Shown here in pieces: positions 28,848 through 38,730 of a stretch of 64,000 nucleotides of DNA. The stretch is taken from NCBI GenBank assembly GCA_037143195.1, contig JBAWZD010000003.1, positions 5,333 through 69,332 of the forward strand. The letters are read 5' to 3'. Every line of letters begins with the position of its first letter. Within the stretch, counting starts at the first letter, position 1. The notes beneath the pieces are model-generated. The model was given only the letters and a program-made list of their open reading frames with translations. It did not search any database and was not told the DNA's origin. This DNA is from a bacterium. GTDB lineage: Bacteria; Patescibacteriota; Minisyncoccia; Phycocordibacterales; UBA9973. Both the position numbers and the translations under genes were made by a program.

Positions 28848-29942
28848 ATGACTGAGGCACGTCCACGGAATTTTCTTTTTCCACCACCAGCATTTATTTT
28901 GATGCCAGCGGTTGGAATTGATATTTCTGATCGAAGTATAAAATACGCGCGACTCGTTCCTTTTGGAGACGGGTACAAACTTGGTGACTTCGGATCTGTT
29001 CCACTTGCGCCAGGTATTGTTGAAGCAGGCCGAATCATCTCACCAGAAATGCTCGAAGCAGCGCTCGGCAATCTTCGCCGTGACCACGACATAACGTTTG
29101 CGCGAGCTGCTCTTCCAGAAGAGCAAATGTACTTTTTCCGCATGACTATTCCTGCCGGACCACGCGATGTCCTTCGAGACACCATCGAGCTTTCGCTCGA
29201 AGAGCACGTGCCAATCGCAGGACCTGATGCAGTATTTGATTTTGAAGTCGTAAATAGTACCGATTCAGATGTTGAAGTTGCGGTTACCGCTGCTCCTCGT
29301 TCAATCGTTGAAAGTTATACCGATACTTTTTCCCGAGCTGGATTGACCCTTCTTTCACTTGAGCTTGAAGCTGAAGCAATTGCACGCACTGTTATTCACA
29401 ACGAGGACACCTTCGCGCACCTTATCGTTGATTTCGGGGAGACTCGCACTGGTATCGCGATTAGTTACAAAGGGGAAGTATACTTCACTTCGACAATTGC
29501 AATCGGGGGACGCATGCTCACTGAGACACTCGCGAAACATTTTAGTGTTTCAATGGAAGAAGCAGAAAAAATGAAACATGATTTTGGTTTGAGTCGTAAT
29601 ACTGAGCACCAAGATTTGTTTTCACTCCTATTGAACAACGTCGCCGTACTTCGTGATGAGATCAACAAGCACTTTATCTACTGGCACACTCATCCAGATG
29701 AAAACGGAAATGCGCGACCAACAATCGAAGAGATTGTATTGGTCGGAGGGGGATCAAACCTCGCCGGTCTTCCAGACTACTTGTCTGCATCGCTTCGGGT
29801 CAAAACATCAGTAGCGAATATTTGGACAAACGTGACGATGCCGGATGGTGGTGTGCCTGAGCTGTCTCGAAATGAATCGGTTGGGTATGCGACCGCCGTT
29901 GGACTTTCGCTTCATGAAGCATCAAGTGATCAAATCATATGA
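28848..29942 (+). CDS. pilM: type IV pilus assembly protein PilM
   Basis: GIDISDRSIK, VDFGETRT, IGGR, LVGGGSNL, YATAVGL actin-like motifs. Confidence 0.88.
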   Translation: MTEARPRNFLFPPPAFILMPAVGIDISDRSIKYARLVPFGDGYKLGDFGSVPLAPGIVEAGRIISPEMLEAALGNLRRDHDITFARAALPEEQMYFFRMTIPAGPRDVLRDTIELSLEEHVPIAGPDAVFDFEVVNSTDSDVEVAVTAAPRSIVESYTDTFSRAGLTLLSLELEAEAIARTVIHNEDTFAHLIVDFGETRTGIAISYKGEVYFTSTIAIGGRMLTETLAKHFSVSMEEAEKMKHDFGLSRNTEHQDLFSLLLNNVAVLRDEINKHFIYWHTHPDENGNARPTIEEIVLVGGGSNLAGLPDYLSASLRVKTSVANIWTNVTMPDGGVPELSRNESVGYATAVGLSLHEASSDQII

Positions 29943-30487
29943 GTAATCTTCTTCCTTCATCACAAAAGCAGGAAATTCTTCGTTTGTACCGCAAGCGATT
30001 TGTTTCAATTGTACTTTTGACCGTCGTTGGTCTTATGATGTCTGCCTTCGTGCTTGCGACTCCGTCGCTGCTCTTTTTGAAATCGAGTGAGATCGTGCTC
30101 ACTGCAAAACGAGACACACTCTCGGGATATGAGACAAGTTCTATTGCCCGCACGCTGAGTAGTGCTGTCGCCGATGTGAATTCACGACTCGCAGTTTTCC
30201 CCGCAACAGAGACAGCTTCTCCACTCATTGCTGACTTTGTAAATCCAGTCTTGCTCGCAAAATCCGATTCAATTCATTTGGTTGGCTTCTCCTACGAAAA
30301 GGGAGTAAAGCCAAACGAGGCAAAGGTGAAGGTGACAGGCACCGCAGACAGCCGAGTAGCGTTGCTTGCGTTTACAGACCGATTGAAAAAAGTTGGCAGT
30401 TTTAGTGATGTGAATGTTCCGATTACCAACTTCATTTTGGATACCAATGTTCCGTTTACTATCAGTGCGACGGTTTCACTTCAGTAA
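29939..30487 (+). CDS. PilN-like protein
   Basis: N-terminal NLLP motif plus a TM; VTGTADSR...FSDV; follows pilM. Confidence 0.75.
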   Translation: MSNLLPSSQKQEILRLYRKRFVSIVLLTVVGLMMSAFVLATPSLLFLKSSEIVLTAKRDTLSGYETSSIARTLSSAVADVNSRLAVFPATETASPLIADFVNPVLLAKSDSIHLVGFSYEKGVKPNEAKVKVTGTADSRVALLAFTDRLKKVGSFSDVNVPITNFILDTNVPFTISATVSLQ

Positions 30488-30493
30488 TTTTGT

Positions 30494-31087
30494 ATGAATA
30501 ATCTCTCAGAAAAGCCAATCCGAATTACGAATACTATCTTTATCGCGATAGTTGTTTTGGCACTTTTGGTTGTTGGCGCCTACGCATATCTTTTTAGTAC
30601 GATTAAAACCATTGGTGAACAAAACGCAGCACTTGAAGCTGAAACAAATACACTCGAAGCACAGGCGTCGCAAGTAGGGGAACTTAAGAAGAACCTTGCG
30701 TTGATTCAGGCTCGTCGCCCTGTCCTCGTTTCGTACTTTATTGATGCAAGTGATATTGTTCCATTCCTTGAAACGATTGAAGGCTACGGAAAACAAACGA
30801 ACGTAACAACCAAGTTCAATACCTTCGTGTTCAAAAAGACACCTGACATGCTTGCTGTTTCTATGGTTGCCGATGGTTCATTTACTGATTTGTACCACTT
30901 TATGGCATTGCTTGAAGCTGCTCCATATGAGATTGGAATGACAAGTGTGAATGTACAGGCGCAAAAACCAAAAGGACTCGATGCAACAAAAGGCAAAGTC
31001 GCAGGTCCAGCAGTCTGGGAAGCGCAGATTTCGCTTGCGGTTACAAGTATTACTGGTGTTCCAAAGGATGCAGTAAAATCAAAATAA
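30494..31087 (+). CDS. PilO-like protein
   Basis: TM plus coiled coil, GSFTDLYHFMALLE; operon position. Confidence 0.7.
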   Translation: MNNLSEKPIRITNTIFIAIVVLALLVVGAYAYLFSTIKTIGEQNAALEAETNTLEAQASQVGELKKNLALIQARRPVLVSYFIDASDIVPFLETIEGYGKQTNVTTKFNTFVFKKTPDMLAVSMVADGSFTDLYHFMALLEAAPYEIGMTSVNVQAQKPKGLDATKGKVAGPAVWEAQISLAVTSITGVPKDAVKSK

Positions 31088-31088
31088 T

Positions 31089-31412
31089 ATGAATGAAATT
31101 CGATCAAAATTGAATAGTTCGAAAAAATTTCTCACCAGTACATTCATTTTTCCAATCAATCCGCGATTGCAATTTCGCCGCCTCATGATTGGAGGTCTGA
31201 TTTTGTTTATTTTTGTCTTTCTTGGCCACATGTATTTGTTTTACAAAATCGAATCTCACGCTATTTTCCAGTCAGCAGATATGTCATCGACAAGTGTCCC
31301 CGTCGTGAATGAAACAAAACTCGCCACCGTACTCCTCCGCTTCGAAGATAAAGCAGTGATCCGTTCTGCCGCACTCAATCTTGTACCTGCAGTCGCTGAC
31401 CCAAGTAAGTAG
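31089..31412 (+). CDS. small membrane protein (PilP position)
   Basis: Single TM, C-terminal DPS; last gene of the pilMNO block. Confidence 0.55.
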   Translation: MNEIRSKLNSSKKFLTSTFIFPINPRLQFRRLMIGGLILFIFVFLGHMYLFYKIESHAIFQSADMSSTSVPVVNETKLATVLLRFEDKAVIRSAALNLVPAVADPSK

Positions 31413-31418
31413 TCTCCC

Positions 31419-32336
31419 ATGGAACAATTTCATTCCGGTTATGATGTCGCTGAAGAAAAGCTTTCTCCCGAAGAGAAGGAGCATCGTCGTGTTGAAAAAA
31501 GAAAAAAGGAATTAAAAGAAAAAAAGAAAAAGAAGGAGAAAGAAAAAAAGGAAAAAGAGAAAATTGAGAAACGCGAAAAGGCACGGGTGGAGGGTGTCCG
31601 AAAGGGCAAAGAAAGCTACGCCCGTCGAGTGAAGGAAGAGAAAAATCTATTCAAGAAATCATTTCGGATCGGGTATATGATTGGTTCCTGGATCGCAAAA
31701 CGATCAACTGATCGGCTTGATACAAGCACCCTTGCACATCCAAACACTGAAGAGGAACAGGTTCGTTTTCGACACGAGACTACTGCACTTGCTGAAGATT
31801 TAGACAAAGACGAAACGGATGATCGTCTTAAAAGAAAGGAAGAACCGGTGTATGAGGAGCGAGATTTTGTCATGGAAGAAATCGATCGTGAACTTCGAGA
31901 GCTTGGCTCAGAGGACCATGATATTGCGACGATGAAACCTGCAGAAGCACTCAATCTTGTGCGAATAAAAGAATTGGAGCAGGAACTGAAAAACGAAAAC
32001 AAGAAACAGAAACAAATTACACCTGACGAGTTGAGTCGTGAACTTGGAACACTCCGCAAGCTCTGGGAGCAGTCGCTGAGTAGTCTGGAAGAGACAAGTA
32101 GCACCGAGCGTTTTTCAGAACTCCTTGAACTCACTGCTCGTGCAAAATCAGATCCAAGAATTGTCGTCGACTACCTCAAAAACGAAGGGAATAATCTTAC
32201 GTCTGAGGAGCGTTTCTTTCTTGAAATGTCGATTGAGTTGCAAAAATTTAAATCAAAGGCAAAAGAATTGATCTTTCAAGAATCAACTCGTGAAGGAGCA
32301 AGTGCTGTTTCGCAAAAAGAAACTAAAGAAACGTAA
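31419..32336 (+). CDS. highly charged (Lys/Glu-rich) hypothetical protein
   Basis: 305-aa ORF with KKEKEKKEKEK tracts and coiled-coil character. Confidence 0.65.
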   Translation: MEQFHSGYDVAEEKLSPEEKEHRRVEKRKKELKEKKKKKEKEKKEKEKIEKREKARVEGVRKGKESYARRVKEEKNLFKKSFRIGYMIGSWIAKRSTDRLDTSTLAHPNTEEEQVRFRHETTALAEDLDKDETDDRLKRKEEPVYEERDFVMEEIDRELRELGSEDHDIATMKPAEALNLVRIKELEQELKNENKKQKQITPDELSRELGTLRKLWEQSLSSLEETSSTERFSELLELTARAKSDPRIVVDYLKNEGNNLTSEERFFLEMSIELQKFKSKAKELIFQESTREGASAVSQKETKET

Positions 32337-33438
32337 TATGTACGATTTCACAGTTTGACCCAACACGAAGTGGTGGACCCCAGCCGCCAATACCGCTTGA
32401 TACATATACTTGCAGATTACCGAGTGGTTTCAGACCGTAACCGAATCCTTTGTAGGCGATATTCGCGAGATAGTTGAATGGCCATTGTTGTCCTCTGTGC
32501 GTGTGACCGGAAATTTGAAATGAGACTCCTGCTTGTTCTGCGATCTCGAGATCCTTCGGCTCGTGCTTGAGCAGGATTGAGGGGAGCGATTTATCGAACG
32601 CGAGTTTTTCGAGAAGCATTTTGAATGCTTCTTTTTTGGTTGCATGTTGGTAATCGACGCCAAGGATTTGTAGACCGTCGAGCGTGATGAGTTTGTCGTT
32701 CAAAATCGTGATGCCAATTTTTTCAACAGCCTGTACGAATGGAGTTGGATCACCGAACTCCTCATGATTGCCAGAAATGAAATAGACACCACGCGGCGCA
32801 GTGAGATCTGTGAGTGGTTGAGCGATTTCATATGGGTCGGGTGCATGTGTGCCGTCATACAAATCACCACCGATGAATACAACGTCAGGGGAGAGTGAAT
32901 TGGAAAGCGCGGTTACTTTTTTGGAAAAGGCAGTTCCTCGAACCGAGCCAAGGTGTAGATCGCTCATCCAGACGGCCGTTCGTCCGTGCCATGCGAGTGG
33001 AAGATTGGGGAGTGTGACGGATATTTTCTTTGTTACAATTCTTCTCCCGTTGATATATCCGTAGATACTGACAAGAATCGCAATACCAAAGAATGCAACA
33101 CCGAACGGACGAGTGTCAGAGACGAATATGGCGCTGATGTCGTACAGGATTCCTGCAATGAGGAGATATGCAAATGAGCCAGTCCAAATCGCAGTCAGTC
33201 GGTACAGGAAACGGGTGAGACGACTTTTTGAAAATCGTTCGACCACTAGCATGCCAAGAAATCCGCCTGAGAGGAGTGTGAGTAGGATTGCTCCGGCAAC
33301 GCGTGTAGCGTGGCTTGTGATTGCGAGGAGTGAGATGACGGCGTTGTAAACGACAATGTTTGCTTCAATGAGCAAGACGGATGCGACACTGATAAAAGTG
33401 AGAAGCGCTTTGAGTGAATGAGGATTGTTTTTATGCAT
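32323..33438 (-). CDS. membrane-anchored metallophosphoesterase (YkuE-like)
   Basis: SDLHLG, GGDLYDG, SGNHE, HEP, SGHTHRGQ. Confidence 0.93.
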   Translation of the reverse strand: MHKNNPHSLKALLTFISVASVLLIEANIVVYNAVISLLAITSHATRVAGAILLTLLSGGFLGMLVVERFSKSRLTRFLYRLTAIWTGSFAYLLIAGILYDISAIFVSDTRPFGVAFFGIAILVSIYGYINGRRIVTKKISVTLPNLPLAWHGRTAVWMSDLHLGSVRGTAFSKKVTALSNSLSPDVVFIGGDLYDGTHAPDPYEIAQPLTDLTAPRGVYFISGNHEEFGDPTPFVQAVEKIGITILNDKLITLDGLQILGVDYQHATKKEAFKMLLEKLAFDKSLPSILLKHEPKDLEIAEQAGVSFQISGHTHRGQQWPFNYLANIAYKGFGYGLKPLGNLQVYVSSGIGGWGPPLRVGSNCEIVHITFL

Positions 33439-33459
33439 GGTTGTTTAAAAATCGTCAGG

Positions 33460-33531
33460 TGCCCCCGCGAGGAATCGAACCTCGAATAGCGGCTTAGAAG
33501 TCCGCAGTTATATCCATTTAACTACAGGGGC
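33460..33531 (-). tRNA. tRNA-Arg(TCT)
   Basis: GCCCCTG/CGGGGGC acceptor, CTTCTAA loop, CGAGG-TTCGATT-CCTCG T arm. Confidence 0.93.
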
Positions 33532-33600
33532 GAATGGGCACAGTGGTAGCATACAAAAAACGCTCGTATTTAGCTAGCTACCGCTTGAGTACAGTTCGGG

Positions 33601-33673
33601 TGCGCGATGAGGGACTTGAACCCCCGACCTTCTAAGTGTAAATTAGTTGCTCTACCAACTGAGCTAATCGCGC
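33601..33673 (-). tRNA. tRNA-Val(TAC)
   Basis: GCGCGAT/ATCGCGC acceptor, AGCTCAGTTGGTAGAGC D arm, TTTACAC loop. Confidence 0.95.
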
Positions 33674-33761
33674 GTACAAAGTACTCTACCAGAAAAAAAC
33701 AAAAAGTTCAATAGATATATAGACCTTTGATAAACACATACATATATACTATACTCTAGTA

Positions 33762-34439
33762 ATGAAAATCGTAGAGCGAGATAGGGCTATTTCGCTTCGG
33801 AAGAAGGGCCTTACTATTAATGAAATTGTTGCAGAAACTGGCTATTCGAAGGCGAGCGTTAGTGTTTGGGTACGAAATATACCTCTTACTGAAAAACAAA
33901 AAAATCGAATTTCAGAAAAAGGTCGAAGTCTCGCGTCGATTGAACTTCGTCGGACCTCTCGTTTAGCAAATGAGAGAAAAAAGAAAGAAATTGTGCGAGA
34001 TAGTGCTAAAAATGAGATTCGGGGATTTTCTCACCGCGACCTTTTGGTTGCTGGTGCCATGCTGTATCTCGGAGAGGGGACGAAGAAATCGAAAGGTAGG
34101 GCAAGTATTACGAATGCAGACCCTGAGGTTATCCAAATGGCCGTCCGGTTTCTTGTAGATATATGTGGTGTTCCTCACGGAAGACTTTATGGGCATATTC
34201 ATATCCACTCACATCTCGACATAAAACGAGCAGAGATGTATTGGTCAAAAGTGTCTGGCATACCTCGTGCCCAATTTTACAAAACGTATTGCAAGAAAAG
34301 TGTTGCTTCTCTTAACAAAAAAGACAGCTTACCGTACGGGACCATTGAAGTCGGCACAAACGACATAAAAATTTTCTTGAAAATAATGGGTTGGATTGAA
34401 AAAATTAAAGAATTGGCGATAGGTGCAAAAATTTCCTAA
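33762..34439 (+). CDS. HTH plus LAGLIDADG-like domain protein (CPR-type)
   Basis: N-terminal LRKKGLTINEI..SKASVSVW HTH; LLVAGAMLYLGEGTK LAGLIDADG-like helix; TNADP, YWS, YGT motifs. Confidence 0.7.
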   Translation: MKIVERDRAISLRKKGLTINEIVAETGYSKASVSVWVRNIPLTEKQKNRISEKGRSLASIELRRTSRLANERKKKEIVRDSAKNEIRGFSHRDLLVAGAMLYLGEGTKKSKGRASITNADPEVIQMAVRFLVDICGVPHGRLYGHIHIHSHLDIKRAEMYWSKVSGIPRAQFYKTYCKKSVASLNKKDSLPYGTIEVGTNDIKIFLKIMGWIEKIKELAIGAKIS

Positions 34440-34459
34440 AACCCATATACTGTCCCTAT

Positions 34460-35257
34460 ATGGAACACACAGAATACCTTCCGTTTGCGCTCGACCTTGC
34501 TCGCGATGCTGGTGGCATCATGCGACAAAATTTCATGCTCGGCATGAAGAAAGAATGGAAGAGTGATGCGACACCGCTCACCGAGACAGATACCAAAATT
34601 CACACACTCGTGTGTGATTCAATTGCGCGTGCATTCCCAACTCACTCCGTGCTCTCCGAAGAGGGGGACGAAGCAGCCAAAACTCCAACGACTGAATATG
34701 TGTGGGTGTGTGATCCTGTCGACGGGACGCACAATTTTGCGCACGGTATTCCGACTGCGACATTTGCACTCGCACTTGTGCAGAACGGCAAACCAATCGT
34801 CGCCGTCATTTACGATCCATTCATGGACCGACTTTTCTACGCCGAAAAAGGCAAAGGTGCATTCATGAACAACAAGCAGATACATGTTTCTGACAATCCG
34901 ACAGTCAAAAAGACCGTGATTGGTATCGGCAAATGGTCAAACGACACTACAAATCTTTTTCCTGTTGGCGAACAATTGCGCGAACGTGGTGTGCGTCTTG
35001 TGACGGGACTTTCGATTGATTACATGGGAGCACTTGTCGCTGCAGGAGAATTTTCTGCGACAATTTTCGGGGGGCTGTCTCCTTTTGACACAGTCGCAAT
35101 TCAGCTTCTAGTGGAGGAGGCAGGGGGCAAGGCAACAGACCTTACAGGAGGCACTGTAGAGCGCTACGATCGGGAAGTTCCAGGACAGCTTGCGACGAAT
35201 GGATTGGTTCACGATGAGATTTTGCAACTCATAAAGGAATATGGAGCACGAGCCTAA
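34460..35257 (+). CDS. inositol monophosphatase family protein
   Basis: SEE, WVCDPVDGTHNF, FDTVAIQLLVEEAGG. Confidence 0.93.
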   Translation: MEHTEYLPFALDLARDAGGIMRQNFMLGMKKEWKSDATPLTETDTKIHTLVCDSIARAFPTHSVLSEEGDEAAKTPTTEYVWVCDPVDGTHNFAHGIPTATFALALVQNGKPIVAVIYDPFMDRLFYAEKGKGAFMNNKQIHVSDNPTVKKTVIGIGKWSNDTTNLFPVGEQLRERGVRLVTGLSIDYMGALVAAGEFSATIFGGLSPFDTVAIQLLVEEAGGKATDLTGGTVERYDREVPGQLATNGLVHDEILQLIKEYGARA

Positions 35258-36041
35258 AATCGAAGTGACTATCCCAATCCTCTACGAGGATGCGTATTGT
35301 ATGTGTATCAACAAGCCTGCGGGCCTTGCGGTACATGGAGATGGAAAGGCAAATGAGTTCACGCTTGCAGATTGGATTCTTGAATATCATCCAACACTCG
35401 CGCCTGTCGGTGAACCACTTCGAGTGCGGATTGGTGGGGAAGAGATTACGGTGCCGAAGCCAGGGATTGTGCATCGCCTCGACAAAGATACCTCCGGAGT
35501 CATGGTGCTCGCAAAGACTCACGCAGCATATGAATTCTTCAAACAACAGTTTCAAGAACGAGAGATACAAAAAATGTATCTCGCCTTTGTGTATGGGTGG
35601 ATCAAAGAAGATGCGATGGAGATTACGGGATCGATTGGCCGTGATTCGAGCAACATTAGACGATGGACTGTTTCCAAAAATGCGCGTGGAACTTTGCGTG
35701 AAGCTATAACAAACATCCGTGTGTTGAAACGATTTGGTCATTCTGCGAATGGTCATGAATATGACGGCAAGGGAAGTACCGAAGAGGGAACGTTTTCTCT
35801 CGTTGAGGCTCGACCAAAGACCGGCCGTACGCATCAAATTCGCGTGCATATGCGCTCCGTAAACCATCCTATCGTCGGAGATTCACTGTATGCGCCTAAG
35901 CGTGGTGAAGGGCTCGGCTTCGTACGCCAGGCACTTCACGCGCGCGAGCTTACGCTCGCGCTCCCGTCCGGTCAAACCATTACCGTGCAAGCCCCGTTCC
36001 CCGAAGACTTCCAAAAAGCCCTCGAGGTTGCAAATGCATAA
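35241..36041 (+). CDS. RluA-family pseudouridine synthase
   Basis: [34 protein letters not shown]. Confidence 0.95.
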   Translation: MEHEPKIEVTIPILYEDAYCMCINKPAGLAVHGDGKANEFTLADWILEYHPTLAPVGEPLRVRIGGEEITVPKPGIVHRLDKDTSGVMVLAKTHAAYEFFKQQFQEREIQKMYLAFVYGWIKEDAMEITGSIGRDSSNIRRWTVSKNARGTLREAITNIRVLKRFGHSANGHEYDGKGSTEEGTFSLVEARPKTGRTHQIRVHMRSVNHPIVGDSLYAPKRGEGLGFVRQALHARELTLALPSGQTITVQAPFPEDFQKALEVANA

Positions 36042-36066
36042 GCAGTGTGTTAAAGTACGCCCTGTT

Positions 36067-36477
36067 ATGGCATTACAGCTCACACCAGTAAAAAAAGCAG
36101 ATCGCACAGCAGTCGATTTTTCTTCAGGCGACACAGTGCGCGTCTGGGTCAAAATTCCTGAAAAAGGCAAATTTCGCCTCCAGGCTTTTGAAGGTCTCGT
36201 ACTTGCTCGCAAGCACGGCACAGAAATCGGCGCGACGTTCACAGTCCGCAAAGTAGCTTCAGGTGTTGGAGTAGAGCGTATCTTTCCTCTCTTCTCACCA
36301 ATGATTGATTCAATCGAGGTCATCAAGCGTTCCGGTGCTCGCCGCAGTAAACTTTACTACGTTCGAGAGAAGGCAGTCCGCGACATCCGCAAGAAAATGA
36401 AGAGTGTCCGCGTCGTCGCAAGTGACGAAGCAGATGTTCCGGAAGTCGAGGCAGTAGCCGAGAAAGCAGAAGCCTAG
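36067..36477 (+). CDS. rplS: 50S ribosomal protein L19
   Basis: [39 protein letters not shown]. Confidence 0.97.
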   Translation: MALQLTPVKKADRTAVDFSSGDTVRVWVKIPEKGKFRLQAFEGLVLARKHGTEIGATFTVRKVASGVGVERIFPLFSPMIDSIEVIKRSGARRSKLYYVREKAVRDIRKKMKSVRVVASDEADVPEVEAVAEKAEA

Positions 36478-36511
36478 TATACTAGGAAAGCTGTCCGCAA
36501 GGATGGCACAT

Positions 36512-36595
36512 GCGCAGGTGGCGAAACTGGTAGACGCACTACCTTGAGGTGGTAGCACCCGCAAGGGTATGGAAGTTCAAGTCTTCTCCTGCGCA
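36512..36595 (+). tRNA. tRNA-Leu(GAG)
   Basis: GCGCAGG/CCTGCGC acceptor, CTACC-TTGAGGT-GGTAG anticodon arm, long variable arm. Confidence 0.96.
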
Positions 36596-36597
36596 CA

Positions 36598-36810
36598 TAA
36601 ATGAAAAACCGCACAGATTTATCTGCGCGGTTTTTCATTTACTCTGGGCTAAGGCAAGGCGAGCCAACTGCTTGGCTCGCCCGAAGACTTGAAAGCCGCA
36701 GCGATGCCGCCTTGGCGGCCGCGAGGCGGGGTCGCGAACACTTAGTCCGCACAGGGCGTAATCGCCCGAGCAGACTTAGTGATTCGTGACCAAGTCTTCT
36801 CCTGCGCACA
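36598..36810 (+). mobile_element. small structured tRNA-associated element bounded by a 20-bp duplication of the tRNA-Leu 3' end
   Basis: CAAGTCTTCTCCTGCGCACA at 36578-36597 and 36791-36810; GC-rich nested stems between; terminator hairpins at 36599-36640 and 36815-36844. Confidence 0.65.
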
Positions 36811-36887
36811 ACGTAAAAAGACCTTGTTGATCAAGGTCTTTTTTCTTGCCCCAAAACAAGATTTGAATCTGCTATACTTCCAAAAGT

Positions 36888-38642
36888 ATGGAAAGTCAAA
36901 ATTGTCAGAATTGCAAAATGGCCTTCACGATTGATTCGGAGGACCTTTCGTTTTATGAAAAAATTCAGGTGCCACAGCCTACATTCTGCTATCTCTGCCG
37001 AGCTCAAAGAAGAATGTCGTTCCGAAACGAGCGGAAACTTTTTCGCGTGAAGGATGCCTTTACAGGAAAGGAGATATTTTCTTTATATCCGCCGGAAGCA
37101 AATTGTAAGGTTATTACGTCCGAAGAATGGTATGGAGATTCTTGGGATGGCACGGAATATGGACACGATTACGATTTTTCTAGGCCATTTCTCGAACAGC
37201 TTTTTGAACTTGATAAAAAAGTGCCAGTCCTGAATCTCAATGTCGCCTTGATGCAAAGGAGCGATTATTGTGCGAATGCCGACAACCTCAAAGATTGCTA
37301 TTTGGTATTCGCTTCTCAATTCACCGAGAACAGCCTTTATTGTACGAGTACAAACGAATCGAAAGATTGCATGGATACTTCGCTGATAACTGGCGGAGAG
37401 CGATGCTATGAGTGTTTCTGGATACAAAATTGTTCTCAATGTTACTTCACTATTATGTCTGTTGAGTCCCGAAATCTTTGGTTCTGTCGGGATTGTAAGG
37501 GATGCAGTGATTGTTTTGGTTGTACGAATTTACGCCAATCTTCGTACTGCATTTTCAACAAGCAATACACCAAAGAGGAATATAAAAAGGAGATCGAAAA
37601 ACTTCGTCTTGATACAAGAACAGGGATTAAGGAAGCCCATATGAAGACCAGAGCTTTTTGGGATACTCAGATCGTGAAATATCAACAAGGTTTGCGTAAT
37701 TTGAATACGACTGGATCGTATGTTACCGATTCTAAAAATATACATGATAGTTTCTTGATCCGTGAAGGCGAGAATTTGCGGTATTGCCAAAATATGGAGA
37801 TACCCGGAAACAAAGACTGCATGGATGTATATGAGTGGGGAGAGAAAACAGAGCTTTGCTATGAGACGAGCGGTGTCGGAACGAATGCGTATAACGTGCA
37901 GTTTTCCTACGATTGTTGGCCGAGCGTGAGCAGCTGTCAGTATTCCATGCATCTGCGCGGATGTTCCGATTGTTTCGGTTGCGTAGGTTTAAAGAAAAAA
38001 CAATACTGTATTTTCAATAAACAATATTCAAAAGAAGAATACGAAGCGCTTGTCCCAAAAATTATTGAACAGATGAATACGTTGCCGTATGTGGACGCAA
38101 AAGGCAGAATATACAAATATGGAGAGTTCTTTCCCATCGAGCTTTCTCCGTATGGATACAACAATACTGTTGCCGCTGACTTCTTCCCGATTACAGATGC
38201 GGAGGCGAAAGTGCAAGCCTATCCGTGGATAGAAGTTGAGCGGAATACATACGCTATCACTAAAAAACAATCTGATCTTGCGGACTCGATTCATGAAGTT
38301 GATGATTCAATCTTGAAAAAAATTATTGAGTGCGAACAGTGCGCAAAGCCATATCGAATACTTCAAAATGAGCTTAGTCTTTTAAGACGAGAAAGCCTGC
38401 CTTTGCCAACGCTTTGTATTGAGTGCAGGCACGCTCGCAGGATTAGTGATCGTTTGAAGATTAATCTTTATGAACGAATATGTATGTGCGGTGGTTTGAA
38501 CGATACGACAATGACATACAAAAATACACGAACTCATATACACGGTGGCAATTTCTGCGGTGAGAAATTCAAAACGGGATATTCCTCGGATCGCCTCGAG
38601 ATTGTCTATTGCGAGCAGTGTTATCAAAACGAAGTGGCTTAA
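36888..38642 (+). CDS. CPR-type cysteine-rich (multi-CxxC) protein, copy 1
   Basis: CQNC...PTFCYLCRAQRRMSFRNER, repeated CxDCFGCxxL...YCIFNKQY, YGEFFP, C-terminal VYCEQCY. Confidence 0.85.
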   Translation: MESQNCQNCKMAFTIDSEDLSFYEKIQVPQPTFCYLCRAQRRMSFRNERKLFRVKDAFTGKEIFSLYPPEANCKVITSEEWYGDSWDGTEYGHDYDFSRPFLEQLFELDKKVPVLNLNVALMQRSDYCANADNLKDCYLVFASQFTENSLYCTSTNESKDCMDTSLITGGERCYECFWIQNCSQCYFTIMSVESRNLWFCRDCKGCSDCFGCTNLRQSSYCIFNKQYTKEEYKKEIEKLRLDTRTGIKEAHMKTRAFWDTQIVKYQQGLRNLNTTGSYVTDSKNIHDSFLIREGENLRYCQNMEIPGNKDCMDVYEWGEKTELCYETSGVGTNAYNVQFSYDCWPSVSSCQYSMHLRGCSDCFGCVGLKKKQYCIFNKQYSKEEYEALVPKIIEQMNTLPYVDAKGRIYKYGEFFPIELSPYGYNNTVAADFFPITDAEAKVQAYPWIEVERNTYAITKKQSDLADSIHEVDDSILKKIIECEQCAKPYRILQNELSLLRRESLPLPTLCIECRHARRISDRLKINLYERICMCGGLNDTTMTYKNTRTHIHGGNFCGEKFKTGYSSDRLEIVYCEQCYQNEVA

Positions 38643-38730
38643 CGATTCGTCGACCCTTTATTCCATAGAGCGACAATAGGGAGCACAACATAAAAATTTA
38701 GTTTTTGAATCTGCTATACTTCTGGAAGGT

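Noticed and set aside
33490-33645. Anticodon-stem mismatches in tRNA-Arg(TCT) and tRNA-Val as pseudogene signs
   Set aside because: Each has a single terminal mismatch with all other arms intact, which is within normal variation.
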